A stretch of DNA of 64,000 nucleotides from an uncultured Anaerolineales bacterium. Lineage in GTDB: Bacteria > Chloroflexota > Anaerolineae > Anaerolineales > RBG-16-64-43. The translations under genes were made by a program, and so were the position numbers. Where the stretch lies: NCBI GenBank assembly GCA_964521085.1, contig CAZFPL010000004.1, forward strand, positions 67,198 through 131,197, given 5' to 3'. The notes beneath the pieces were generated by a model that was not told where the DNA came from, did not search any database, and worked only from the letters and a program-made list of their open reading frames with translations. Shown piece after piece: positions 39,287 through 48,502 of the stretch (its first letter is position 1; each line of letters begins with the position of its first letter).

Positions 39287-39607
39287 ATGAAAAGCGAAAC
39301 GAATTCGAACGGGCAAACACGCAACCAAGGATTGAAAAACCGGCAAGGACGCAACATCGCCTATTGGTTTCCCCTTGGTATTGGAACAGGGGTTGCCTTG
39401 GGTGTGATGTTTGAAAATCTTGCCCTGGGTATCGCGATTGGCACGGCCTTGGGCGCCGCCCTGGGGCTGGCCGTTAATCTGAACCGCCCGGGCGAGTCGG
39501 ACCCGGATACCGGAACTCCCGGCGGGCGCTGGATCGCTGTAATCGCCATCGGCGGTGTGGTACTTCTCGCCGCCGGGGCCATTCTTCTCTTTTTCCTGAT
39601 GCGATAA
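39287..39607 (+). CDS. small Gly/Ala-rich membrane protein (hypothetical)
   Basis: AAGGAG RBS; ATG at 39287; three hydrophobic segments. Confidence 0.5.
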   Translation: MKSETNSNGQTRNQGLKNRQGRNIAYWFPLGIGTGVALGVMFENLALGIAIGTALGAALGLAVNLNRPGESDPDTGTPGGRWIAVIAIGGVVLLAAGAILLFFLMR

Positions 39608-39634
39608 CCGGTGCGAAACCGGAAGGAGAAAATC

Positions 39635-40369
39635 ATGAATACCATCGAAACGCACGAACTCAGCAGGGACTTCGGAACCGTGAAGGCGGTCGACGGCATA
39701 TCGTTCACCGCCTCGGCGGGCGAGCTTTTCGGATTTCTCGGCCCGAACGGCGCCGGGAAGACGACCACCATCCGGATGCTGACCGGCCAGCTCAGGCCGA
39801 CGGCGGGATCGGCGCGCGTGGCCGGCTGCGACGTGGTGAACGAACGGACGGAGCTCAAGCGGCGGATCGGCGTGGTCTTCGAGTATCAGAATCTCTATGA
39901 GCGCATGTCCGCCTTCGAAAACCTTAACTTCATCGCCGACCTGTACGGTGCCTCCCGCAAGCGGGTCAGGGCGGTGCTGGCGCAGGTCGGGCTGGCGGAA
40001 AGGGCGCGCGAACCGATCAAGCGCTATTCCAACGGCATGAAACAGCGGCTGTTGATCGCGCGGGCGCTGATCCCGCACCCCAAGGTGCTGTTCCTCGACG
40101 AGCCGACCCGCGGTCTGGATCCCGCCATGGCGCGCGACGTCCGCAACATCATCGCCGGCCTGGCCCGAGATGGGACGACGATCTTCCTGACCACGCACTA
40201 CATGGAAGAGGCGGACCGGCTCTGCGCGCGGGTGGCGATCCTCGACCGCGGCCGGATCGTCGCCTTGGATGCGCCGGCGGCGCTCAAGGCCGCGTATGGC
40301 GGACCGCAGGGAACTCTGGAAGATGCTTTCCTCAAGCTCACCGGTTCGCCGATGCCTGCGGAGGCGTGA
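39635..40369 (+). CDS. ABC transporter ATP-binding protein (ABC-2 type exporter)
   Basis: Canonical Walker A GPNGAGKTT, signature YSNGMKQR, Walker B VLFLDEPTRGLD. GGAAGGAG RBS. Confidence 0.9.
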   Translation: MNTIETHELSRDFGTVKAVDGISFTASAGELFGFLGPNGAGKTTTIRMLTGQLRPTAGSARVAGCDVVNERTELKRRIGVVFEYQNLYERMSAFENLNFIADLYGASRKRVRAVLAQVGLAERAREPIKRYSNGMKQRLLIARALIPHPKVLFLDEPTRGLDPAMARDVRNIIAGLARDGTTIFLTTHYMEEADRLCARVAILDRGRIVALDAPAALKAAYGGPQGTLEDAFLKLTGSPMPAEA

Positions 40370-40404
40370 CCCGGGCGTTTCCGTTTCGAAAACGAAAGGG
40401 TATC

Positions 40405-42720
40405 ATGGGTGTAGCGATGAAAAACATACTGGAATACCTGCGGGTCGTCGGCGTGCTGGCCCGGAAGGACATCGTCCAGGGGCTGAAAAACAAGAACATC
40501 CTCGTGCTGTTCTTCTCGGTGGCGTTCTTGATCATTTTCTACAACGCGCTGCCTTCCCTTTCCGCCGCCAAGCGGCCGCCCTCCCTGTTCATCTACGATG
40601 CCGGCAACTCCGCGTTGACCGGCCGCCTGGAAGCATCTTCGGAGTTCGATGTCCGGACGGATTTCCCATCCGAGGAGGCGATGATCCGCCGGCTGGCGCT
40701 GGGCGACATCCCGGAACTCGGCCTGGTGATCCCGGCCGATTTCGACAGCCGTGCGGCCAGTGGCGACGCGCCGCCCCTGCGCGGCATCGTCGCCTACTGG
40801 CTGAGCGGGGAGGAAGTCGCCGGGCTGAAAGCCAAGGCGGAAGGGGAGATCGCCGCCGTGTGGGGGACGGGCGTTTCCATCAGGATCGACGAGAACGTCG
40901 TCTACGGGCCGGTGGACGACGAAGGCGCGGGGACCCAGGCCTCGATGGCGCTGATCTTCGCGCTGGCGTTGATTGGGATCAGCCTGGTGCCGCATCTGAT
41001 GTTCGACGAAAAGGAGGCGCGCACTCTCGAGGTCCTGCTCGTCTCGCCGGCGAGCGAAACCCAGATCGCGGCGGGCAAGATGCTGGCCGGCCTGTTCTAC
41101 TCGGGCACCGTCGCGGTGCTGGCGGTGATCGTCAACCACGGCTTAATCGTCCACTGGGGGCTTTTTCTGGTGATCCTGGCTGTTTTCGCGACGTTCTGCG
41201 TGACGCTCGGACTGATCCTCGGCACCGCGATGGAATCGAGGGCCCAATTTGCCGTCTGGGCCTGGCTGATCATCCTGCCGCTGTTCATGCCGGTCGTCCT
41301 CTACCTGCTGCGCGAGCTGGTACCCGAAGCCGTCATGCAGCTGCTGCCCGTCATCCCCTCCGTCGCAACGTATCTCGCGATGCGCTACGTATTCACCCAA
41401 CCGCTCGCGCTCGGCGCGCCCCTGCTGGGGGTGGGCTGGATCCTGGCATGCACGGGAATCGAACTGGCAATCGTCTCCTGGCTGCTGCGGCGCCGGGACC
41501 GCGGGGAAGCCTCCAAGCTTTCCGCGAAAGTTCCGGCCTCCTCCGCGACCGCGCGGGAGAAAGCGGAGGTTCTTCCCGTCCCGCGGGCGGTTCCGCAGGA
41601 AAAAATGGACACTTCGTCCGCCGCGCCGGTCACCGGCTGGCGCGCCTCGCTGCGCATCGTGCTGGCGATCGCCGGCAAGGACGTGCGCGAGGCGTTCCGC
41701 AACCGGCTCATCTTTTCGGTCATGATCGGGACGGTGTTCCTGGCTCTGAACGGAAGCCTGCTGCCCGCGCTGATCAACTGGGGGAGCCCGCCGACGGCGG
41801 TCGTCTTCGACGAAGGAAGGTCGGCCGTTGTTCGTGAGGCGGCCGGAGAGATCGACGGCCGGCTGATTGCGGCGTCTTCGCGCGAAGATATGGAGGCGCA
41901 GGTCGTCCAGGCCGCCGGAGAGTGGATCGGGTTCGTGCTCCCGGCCGATTTCGACGCGCTCGCGCAATCCGGGGCCGAGATCAAAATCGACGCTTACGCC
42001 GTGCACTGGGCGGATCCGGAGAAGGTCGCGGAGACCGCCGACTACTTTGCGGAGCAGCTCAGCCTTGCCGCGTCGGCAGAAGTAAAGATCACGATGGCCA
42101 AGGAGGGCCTGTATCCGACGGTCGATTCCGCCGGGCAGACCCTGATCAACCTGCTCACCCAGATCCTGATGATGGCGGTGGTCGGGTTTGCGATCGTGCC
42201 GCTGCTTTTCGTGGAGGAGAAGGAAAGCCGCACGATGGACATCCTGACGGTCTCCCCCGCCGGGTACATCCAGATCCTCCTCGGAAAGCTGCTGGCCGGG
42301 ATGACCTACGGCCTGTTCATCGGGATCGTGATCGCGCTGATCAACCTGAAGCAGATCGTCCACTGGGACATACTGGCGTTGACCCTGTTCCTCGGGGCGC
42401 TGCTGTTGGTCGCGATCGGCATGCTGATCGGCGTGCTGGCGGATTCGCCGACCAGTGCGGCGTTCTGGGGCAGCCCGCTGCTATTGCTCTCGGTCCTGCC
42501 GCTGCTCTTGGAAGCCTTCTTTGCCGGGGTCTGGCCGGCGTTCCTGACAAACCTGCTTTCCTGGTTCCCCACATCCGTGGTCATGCGCATGTTCCGGCTT
42601 TCGCTCGCGGGCGAAGCGCCGGTGCAATTGGTGTGGCAATCTGCCGCCGCGCTTGTGGCCACTTCGGCGGTGATATACGCGCTGGTGGTGTGGGTCATGC
42701 GGAGGAAGTACAGCGTGTAG
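40405..42720 (+). CDS. ABC-2 type permease, duplicated (two membrane modules with large extracytoplasmic loops)
   Basis: Two repeats of (TM, loop of about 150 aa, 5 TM helices). The ARKDIVQGLKN / AGKDVREAFRN entry motifs are repeated. The start could be 40405 or 40417. Confidence 0.75.
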   Translation: MGVAMKNILEYLRVVGVLARKDIVQGLKNKNILVLFFSVAFLIIFYNALPSLSAAKRPPSLFIYDAGNSALTGRLEASSEFDVRTDFPSEEAMIRRLALGDIPELGLVIPADFDSRAASGDAPPLRGIVAYWLSGEEVAGLKAKAEGEIAAVWGTGVSIRIDENVVYGPVDDEGAGTQASMALIFALALIGISLVPHLMFDEKEARTLEVLLVSPASETQIAAGKMLAGLFYSGTVAVLAVIVNHGLIVHWGLFLVILAVFATFCVTLGLILGTAMESRAQFAVWAWLIILPLFMPVVLYLLRELVPEAVMQLLPVIPSVATYLAMRYVFTQPLALGAPLLGVGWILACTGIELAIVSWLLRRRDRGEASKLSAKVPASSATAREKAEVLPVPRAVPQEKMDTSSAAPVTGWRASLRIVLAIAGKDVREAFRNRLIFSVMIGTVFLALNGSLLPALINWGSPPTAVVFDEGRSAVVREAAGEIDGRLIAASSREDMEAQVVQAAGEWIGFVLPADFDALAQSGAEIKIDAYAVHWADPEKVAETADYFAEQLSLAASAEVKITMAKEGLYPTVDSAGQTLINLLTQILMMAVVGFAIVPLLFVEEKESRTMDILTVSPAGYIQILLGKLLAGMTYGLFIGIVIALINLKQIVHWDILALTLFLGALLLVAIGMLIGVLADSPTSAAFWGSPLLLLSVLPLLLEAFFAGVWPAFLTNLLSWFPTSVVMRMFRLSLAGEAPVQLVWQSAAALVATSAVIYALVVWVMRRKYSV

Positions 42721-42727
42721 ACCGGCC

Positions 42728-42952
42728 AGCGACGATTGATCATCGACAATCGCAAAACCCCTCCCCAATATGGGGAGGGGGTAGGGGGAGGGGACGATAG
42801 CGATCATGCGTGGGGATGGATCCCCGAGCTGATAAACGATGCCCCCGCAAAAAGCGCGGGGGCATATTCCGAGATGCTTGTTGCGCGGGTTCACAATTGA
42901 ATCAAACGCCGGGCTGAATGGACGATCATCCATCGTCCATGGTCGACGGTCG
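42728..42952. repeat. composite intergenic repeat block (degenerate heptamer array, CCCCTCCCC/GGGGAGGGG hairpin, GCCCCCGC hairpin, heptamer array)
   Basis: CCCCTCCCCAATATGGGGAGGGG; ATGCCCCCGCAAAAAGCGCGGGGGCAT; GGACGATCATCCATCGTCCATGGTCGACGGTCGG. Confidence 0.75.
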
Positions 42953-42955
42953 GCC

Positions 42956-43954
42956 TCACGTCCACGTGATCCCGCTCATCCCCGGACGGACGTAAATTCC
43001 GATTGCGGGGAGGACGGCATCGGTGCAGCGCGTTCTTCGTACGCTGTAGGTTCCGGTACGCAGAGTGAAGTTCTTGGTCATACCGACGGCAAACGAACCG
43101 CCGTCGGTGTCGTGGTTATACAGGCTCTGCCAGGAACCGCCCGGCGGCTGGACCTCGATGTGGCAGATGCTGAATGGGAGATTGTTCTGGATGGAGAAAT
43201 CCACGTCGACGGCGATCTGCTGGTAGCGGTAGGCAGGATCGGATCCGATCGCCCGGTCGTGTTCTTCATACAACACAGTGGAGCCGCAATCCTTGATCTG
43301 GACGTCGTAATACCCGGCGGTGAGGGAGATACTGAAGGAGGCGTTGATGGCGATGGTATCGGCCCCCAACCGGTTGGCGCCCCAGACGCTCTCATCCTTC
43401 CCGCGGATGTACACCACGCACAGCGAGATGTAGACTTTGTTTTCGATCACATAGGCGACCGTCGGCGGGGGCGGGGTTTCCCGGATCGGCAGGCTGTAGG
43501 GCGAGCCGGTGATCACGGAACTTCCGCCGAAGGCCCAGCACTCCGTCCCGTTGCTCTTGCGGACGACGTAGTAATCCGGGATCTCCGGGACCGCGCGCGC
43601 CACCAGGGTGACGGTCTCGCCCTCGGCAATGCCGGCCACCCATTCATAGAGCTTCCAATCCGGCCCGGTCACGCAACTGAGGGATTGGCCGGCGGTCATC
43701 GTCACCGGCGCGGTGGTGAAAGTCGCGGTGAGGGACGGGGTGAAGGTGGCGGTGAGGATCTGGGTCAGCGCCTGGGTGAGGGTCGGCGAGGGCTGGGAAT
43801 CCCCCGGAGAATCCGGAATGGATCCATCGGGAGTAGCCGTCACCACGATGATCTGACCCGTGGCCGGACCGGCGGCCGTTTCCAGGATGCAGGCGCCGCC
43901 GAACAGGGCTGCGCCGAGGATTACGATCAACCGCAGGATTTGGGGCGTTTTCAT
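42956..43954 (-). CDS. lipoprotein of unknown function (paralog A)
   Basis: GAGGAG RBS; signal peptide plus lipobox FGGAC; P/T-rich linker. Shares VTMTAGQ.L.C..GP.W.LY, YY.VRKS.G.ECWA and GYYDVQI.DC blocks with 44260-45210. Confidence 0.65.
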   Translation of the reverse strand: MKTPQILRLIVILGAALFGGACILETAAGPATGQIIVVTATPDGSIPDSPGDSQPSPTLTQALTQILTATFTPSLTATFTTAPVTMTAGQSLSCVTGPDWKLYEWVAGIAEGETVTLVARAVPEIPDYYVVRKSNGTECWAFGGSSVITGSPYSLPIRETPPPPTVAYVIENKVYISLCVVYIRGKDESVWGANRLGADTIAINASFSISLTAGYYDVQIKDCGSTVLYEEHDRAIGSDPAYRYQQIAVDVDFSIQNNLPFSICHIEVQPPGGSWQSLYNHDTDGGSFAVGMTKNFTLRTGTYSVRRTRCTDAVLPAIGIYVRPGMSGITWT

Positions 43955-44095
43955 GGGCTGTCTCCTCTTTTTCGGTTCCCGTTGTTGTCGCTGCTTATTA
44001 TTACGGATTATCCACGCCGAGTCCACGGATTTTGGGCTAAAAAGGTGATTTGTGGAGGTAGTTTGGAGGTTATTGGGGGAAAGGGGCCATTGACT

Positions 44096-44236
44096 ATAGA
44101 GCGTCGACAATCGTGACCCCTCCCCTTCCCCTCCCCAACTTGGGGAGGGGAAGGGGAGAGGGATGTGTGCTGGTCAAGGCTGATTTCATATCATTACTGA
44201 ATCGGCGATGGTCCATGGTCTATGGTCCATCGTCGG
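44096..44236. repeat. composite intergenic repeat block (CCCCTCCCC hairpin plus heptamer array)
   Basis: CCCCTCCCCTTCCCCTCCCCAACTTGGGGAGGGGAAGGGGAGAGGG; GAATCGGCGATGGTCCATGGTCTATGGTCCATCGTCGG. Confidence 0.75.
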
Positions 44237-44259
44237 TTTTCTGCTGTGGCATGCCGGGT

Positions 44260-45210
44260 CTAGGTGATGGTGACGGTTACTCCGACAGGCGAGATGGCGA
44301 CGTCGTCGGCGGAGAATGCCAGTCTGTAATTAACTTCATAGCTTTCATGAGCCCGGAAATCGTATTTCCCGGCTTGCATCGTGAAATACATTGTGGCGCC
44401 GTCGCGGAGGGCGGCATCATACATGCCGGTGATATCCAGCCAGGCGTTTTCTCCATGGCGGGTGTATTGGATCCAATAGACGTCATGCCCGGATGCGTTG
44501 ATGATCGAGAACGTGACGAGTGTGAAGACTTTGACATTTCGGGAGAGTTCTTGCGGTCCGATGGGCGTATTCTCCGCTTCGTACAGTTTTCCGCCGTAGC
44601 AGTCCAGGATCTGGACGTCGTAAAATCCCGCCATGATAATTATCCCGAAGGTCGATCCGGGGGCGCCGGCGCCGCTGGGAAGCATGTCGGTCCCCCACGT
44701 TGTTTCGGCCGCATTGCGCAGGAGGAGATCGCAAATTGCCAAGCCGGTTTGATTCTCGATTTGGTAGTAAATCTCGTGCAGCGGCGGAGCCTCCTTTTCC
44801 GGCAGACTCAAGGGGTTGCCTTCGATCTTGGCTCCGATGCTGGATGCCCAGCACTCCACCCCGTCGCTTTTTCGGACATAGTAATACTCCGGCCAATCGG
44901 GTGTCGAGCGCGCGGTCAGGGTGACGACTTCCCCCGGCTGGATCATGGCCACCATATCGTACAGGATCCAATGCGGACCCTTCGCGCAGTTCAATGGTTG
45001 GCCGGCGGTCATCGTGACCGGCTTGGAGGACGTCGGATGCAGGACTTTCGTCATGGGCGTCGGCGGCGGTCCTCCCCGGAGGGTGGGGGTGACCACGATG
45101 TGCGCCGCGGTATTCTCTTTCGAGGCATCCTGCGGCGCGCAGGCGCTTCCGGCCAGCGCAATCATCATTGGGAAGAACAGGCGTGCGAATCGGAATTTTT
45201 CCATTCCCAT
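44260..45210 (-). CDS. lipoprotein of unknown function (paralog B)
   Basis: GGAGG RBS; ATG at 45208-45210; lipobox LAGSAC. Collinear with paralog A. Confidence 0.65.
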   Translation of the reverse strand: MGMEKFRFARLFFPMMIALAGSACAPQDASKENTAAHIVVTPTLRGGPPPTPMTKVLHPTSSKPVTMTAGQPLNCAKGPHWILYDMVAMIQPGEVVTLTARSTPDWPEYYYVRKSDGVECWASSIGAKIEGNPLSLPEKEAPPLHEIYYQIENQTGLAICDLLLRNAAETTWGTDMLPSGAGAPGSTFGIIIMAGFYDVQILDCYGGKLYEAENTPIGPQELSRNVKVFTLVTFSIINASGHDVYWIQYTRHGENAWLDITGMYDAALRDGATMYFTMQAGKYDFRAHESYEVNYRLAFSADDVAISPVGVTVTIT

Positions 45211-45354
45211 AGTGCCCCTCCGTCGCAATCGAGGATTCATAACTCTCGGAATATTATGACTCACTCTCTGGGCGGTGTCCACAAAATAGGAGTGGAGTAC
45301 TTATTTGGATCGGTTTCGAGGAAGTCTCCGCGAAAGCCGGTCGGCGAACGTGGA

Positions 45355-45400
45355 AATTCCGACCATCGACCATGGGCCATCGACCAATGCCGATTCGATG
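45355..45400. repeat. GACCATN heptamer array
   Basis: CCGACCATCGACCATGGGCCATCGACCAATGCCGATTCGATG. Confidence 0.7.
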
Positions 45401-45497
45401 ATGTGGTAAATTTAGCCTTGCCTGCGGTTCATTTATATAGAAGTCCGGATCGGTTCGCCGGAGTGCAAAGAATTTCCGAAAAGGAGAGATATCCGAT

Positions 45498-46106
45498 TTG
45501 CGTTTCCATTATGGCGCCGTTCCTGCAAACGAGGCCTTTCATCCGGAAGCGGAGGGATGGCGGAGCGTGCGCGAGCCCAATCCGCTGGTGATGCAGCTGT
45601 TCGCGCTTCCCCTGATGTTCCTCCTCATGGCTGGTTGGGGTCTTTCCGTTCTGCTGTTTATGGGACCGGAAATATTCTTCCCTAAAATTTCCGATATGGC
45701 GGGAATTGCGGCAAATTGCCTTCTGGGCAGCGGATTATTTTTCCTTATGATCCCCCTGCACGAACTGATTCACGCGCTATTCCATCCCGGGTGGGGTTTC
45801 TCTACCAGGACCGTCATCGGGCTTTGGCTGTCTAAGGCGTTGTTTTACGCGCATTACGAGGGGATCATGTCGCGCAACCGTTTTCTGATGGTTTTCCTCG
45901 CCCCGTACCTTGTTCTGGGAGTGCTTCCGACGATCGCCGCGATCGCCTTCCCGGAGTGGCGGCCCGTGTTGCTACCCTTTTCCTTTTGGGGAAGCATCCT
46001 GCCGTGCGGTGATTTTGTGGGGTTGATTGTTGTTCTTTTTCAGATACCCGCTTCGGCGATCGTGCAAAATAAAGGATGGAAGATGTATTGGAAGCCGTCC
46101 TCGTGA
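45498..46106 (+). CDS. DUF3267-like membrane zincin (HExxH) protein
   Basis: TTG start. IPLHELIHALFHP motif embedded between TM helices. Confidence 0.6.
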   Translation: MRFHYGAVPANEAFHPEAEGWRSVREPNPLVMQLFALPLMFLLMAGWGLSVLLFMGPEIFFPKISDMAGIAANCLLGSGLFFLMIPLHELIHALFHPGWGFSTRTVIGLWLSKALFYAHYEGIMSRNRFLMVFLAPYLVLGVLPTIAAIAFPEWRPVLLPFSFWGSILPCGDFVGLIVVLFQIPASAIVQNKGWKMYWKPSS

Positions 46107-46117
46107 TCGTTCCGCGC

Positions 46118-46482
46118 ATGGACCGTCGAAGCCGACCATCGACTATCGAAAAAAAGACCTTGGACAATAGACCATCGTGCGCTCAAAGACCGCTGGCTTG
46201 TGCCCCGGTGGGGCATTGTGTACCAGAGCGGGGTCCCGTCCCGTGCGGTTGTCACGGGATTAATGCCCTCGGGGCAGGCTCATGGCTGATCGCCCGCACG
46301 GGGATTTATCCCTGCGCTGATAAACAATCCCCCGCATAGATCGCGAGGGCAGACTCCTCTAGGGCAAGAAACAATGCATCACAAAGCCCGCAAGAGCGGG
46401 CTTTGTGTACCAGCGCCGTGCTTCAGCGCGGCGCGTAATTATTCCATCACCGGGTTGAATCGGCGATGGTCCATGGTCTCTT
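46118..46482. repeat. intergenic repeat block (heptamer arrays at both ends, small GC hairpins between)
   Basis: GACCGTCGAAGCCGACCATCGACTATCG...AGACCATCG at the left end and TTGAATCGGCGATGGTCCATGGTC at the right end. The hairpin CAAAGCCCGCAAGAGCGGGCTTTG lies between them. Confidence 0.65.
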
Positions 46483-46483
46483 T

Positions 46484-48115
46484 CTACTCAAGCTTCCTCA
46501 CGCTGCCGCCTTCCACTCCCCAAACCTCATTCGCCATCCGCTCGATGAAATACCGATCGTGCACCACGGCAAGCATGGTTCCATGAAACGCGGCCAGCGC
46601 CTGTTCGAAGGAGTCGCGGGAGGGGATATCGAGGTGGTTGATCGGTTCGTCGAGCAGGAGGAAGTTGCAGCCGCGGGCGACAAGCAGCGCAAGCAGGAGC
46701 CGCGCGCGTTCTCCGTAGGAAAGCGAGCCGAGGGGGGTGAACACGTCGTCGCCGGAAAAGAGGAAGTAGTGCAGGAAGCGACGCGCGTCGGTTTCGTCGG
46801 CGGCGATTTCGGCCTGGACGATTTCGAGGGCGTTGCGCGCCGGGTCAAGCGTTTCCTGTTCCTGCACCATGAAACCGGGACGCACATTCGCGCCGAGCTG
46901 CACGCGGCCGGCAAGCGGGGGAAGCGCGCCGGCAATCGTGCGCAGGAGGGTCGTCTTGCCGCTGCCGTTGGCGCCGGTGAGCACCGCGCGCGCGCCGCGC
47001 CGCAGGCGCATGTCAACCCCCTCGAGGATAACGGTACTGTTATAACCCACAGAGAGACTCTCGAGTGTGAGAACATCGTTCCCGCCGGCGGCGGCCGGAT
47101 CGAATTCCAGCTTCATCCCCCATTCCCAGCCGGGCTTTTCCACGCGGTCCTCGGTCAGGAGCTTTTCGATCCGCCGCTCGATCTGCTTGGCGCGCTTCAT
47201 CGTCCCCGCGCCGCGGTTGGCGAAGAACCCTTTGGCGAACCCGTCCTTGGTGTCCGCCTTGCCGCCCTTGCGGAAGCGCGAGATTCCGCGCAGGTGGCTG
47301 GCCGCGCTGCGCAAGTCGGCGATCTCCTGCTGCTGGTCGGAATACGCCTGCTCCTGGCGCGCGCGCTCCTCGTCTTTCTGATCGCGGTAAGCCGAGTAGT
47401 TTCCGTCGTATTCTTTCACTACGCGCGTGCGTGAATCGAGTTCGAGGATGCGCGTGACGGTCCGGTCGAGGAAAGTGCGGTCGTGCGAGACGACGAGCGC
47501 GCCGCCGCGGAAGGCGCCAAGCCATTGCTCGAGCCACTCGAGCATCGGCAGGTCGAGGTGATTGGTCGGTTCGTCGAGGAGCAGCAACTGCGGGTGTGCC
47601 AGGAGGACTCCGGCCAGCGCCAGGCGGGTCTTCTGCCCGCCGCTGAGCGTGGAGATACCCGCATCCAGCGGGATCCGGTCCAGGCCGAGGATGGCGAGAG
47701 TCGCAGCGACCGAGCCGGCGCCGTTCGGAACGGCGGCGAGGCGGTCGAGCGCCTCGTCATATGCCGCGTGAAGCGCTTTATCCTCTGGCGATTCCGCAAG
47801 CGCCGCGGCCAGGCGTTCGACCTCCACGCTCAGCCGGGGGAGATCGCCCTCGGCGTAGGCCAGGAACTCACCGAACGTCTCGCCCTCGGGGAGAACCAAT
47901 CCCTGGGGGAGGTAACCGATCCGCAGAGAGTTCGGCTTTTGGACCGACCCGGAATCGGGCGGATCGAATCCGGCCAGGATGCGGAGCAGGGTGGTCTTTC
48001 CGCAGCCATTGGGGCCGACCAGGCCCGCGCGCTCGCCCGGGTTGAGGTTGAAGGAGACGGCGCCCAAGATGACGTTATCACCGAAGGATTTGCGGATTTG
48101 GCTGGCTGAAAGCAT
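46484..48115 (-). CDS. ABC-F family ATPase (two NBDs, no TM domain)
   Basis: Two Walker A motifs (GPNGCGKTT, GANGSGKTT), two signatures (LSGGQKTR, LSYGERAR), and a charged linker (RDQKDEERARQEQAYSDQQQ). ATG at 48113-48115. Confidence 0.85.
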   Translation of the reverse strand: MLSASQIRKSFGDNVILGAVSFNLNPGERAGLVGPNGCGKTTLLRILAGFDPPDSGSVQKPNSLRIGYLPQGLVLPEGETFGEFLAYAEGDLPRLSVEVERLAAALAESPEDKALHAAYDEALDRLAAVPNGAGSVAATLAILGLDRIPLDAGISTLSGGQKTRLALAGVLLAHPQLLLLDEPTNHLDLPMLEWLEQWLGAFRGGALVVSHDRTFLDRTVTRILELDSRTRVVKEYDGNYSAYRDQKDEERARQEQAYSDQQQEIADLRSAASHLRGISRFRKGGKADTKDGFAKGFFANRGAGTMKRAKQIERRIEKLLTEDRVEKPGWEWGMKLEFDPAAAGGNDVLTLESLSVGYNSTVILEGVDMRLRRGARAVLTGANGSGKTTLLRTIAGALPPLAGRVQLGANVRPGFMVQEQETLDPARNALEIVQAEIAADETDARRFLHYFLFSGDDVFTPLGSLSYGERARLLLALLVARGCNFLLLDEPINHLDIPSRDSFEQALAAFHGTMLAVVHDRYFIERMANEVWGVEGGSVRKLE

Positions 48116-48292
48116 ATACGACCTGTGGGTGGAAAACAAAAACCGTGGGCAATGCTCCACGGTCGGACCCCCGCTCGCGAATTCTTCGCGCCGGGAGATC
48201 GCCGGTGCTCATCGCTCGGGGGGCAGGCGAGCTGCCCAAAAGAACGGATTTTACAGGTCGACAGTGCGCATTCGAGGGAATCCTTTCAACAT
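48116..48292 (-). promoter_or_regulatory. attenuator-like leader of the ABC-F gene (mini-ORF plus terminator hairpin)
   Basis: Mini-ORF ATGCGCACTGTCGACCTGTAA (48251-48271; a longer version starts at 48292). Hairpin ACCGTGG-N8-CCACGGT plus U-tract (48133-48163). CGACCTGT is complementary to ACAGGTCG just before the ATG. Duplicated at 52313-52470. Confidence 0.5.
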
Positions 48293-48502
48293 GAATTTTA
48301 CCATCATTATCGGCGAACCGGCATGAGTATGACGTGACGGAACCTCCTTCCGCAGCGGCCCTAGGCGGAATTTTTCTCGGGTAAAATATCGGCGGGAGAA
48401 TACACGGCACGCTGAAGCCGCGGATTTACGGATCAGGTGATGCGGGGCGCGCCCCTTCGATTTCGCGGAGGGCCTGGATTGCGGAAAGGGAGGAAGGTTG
48501 TT

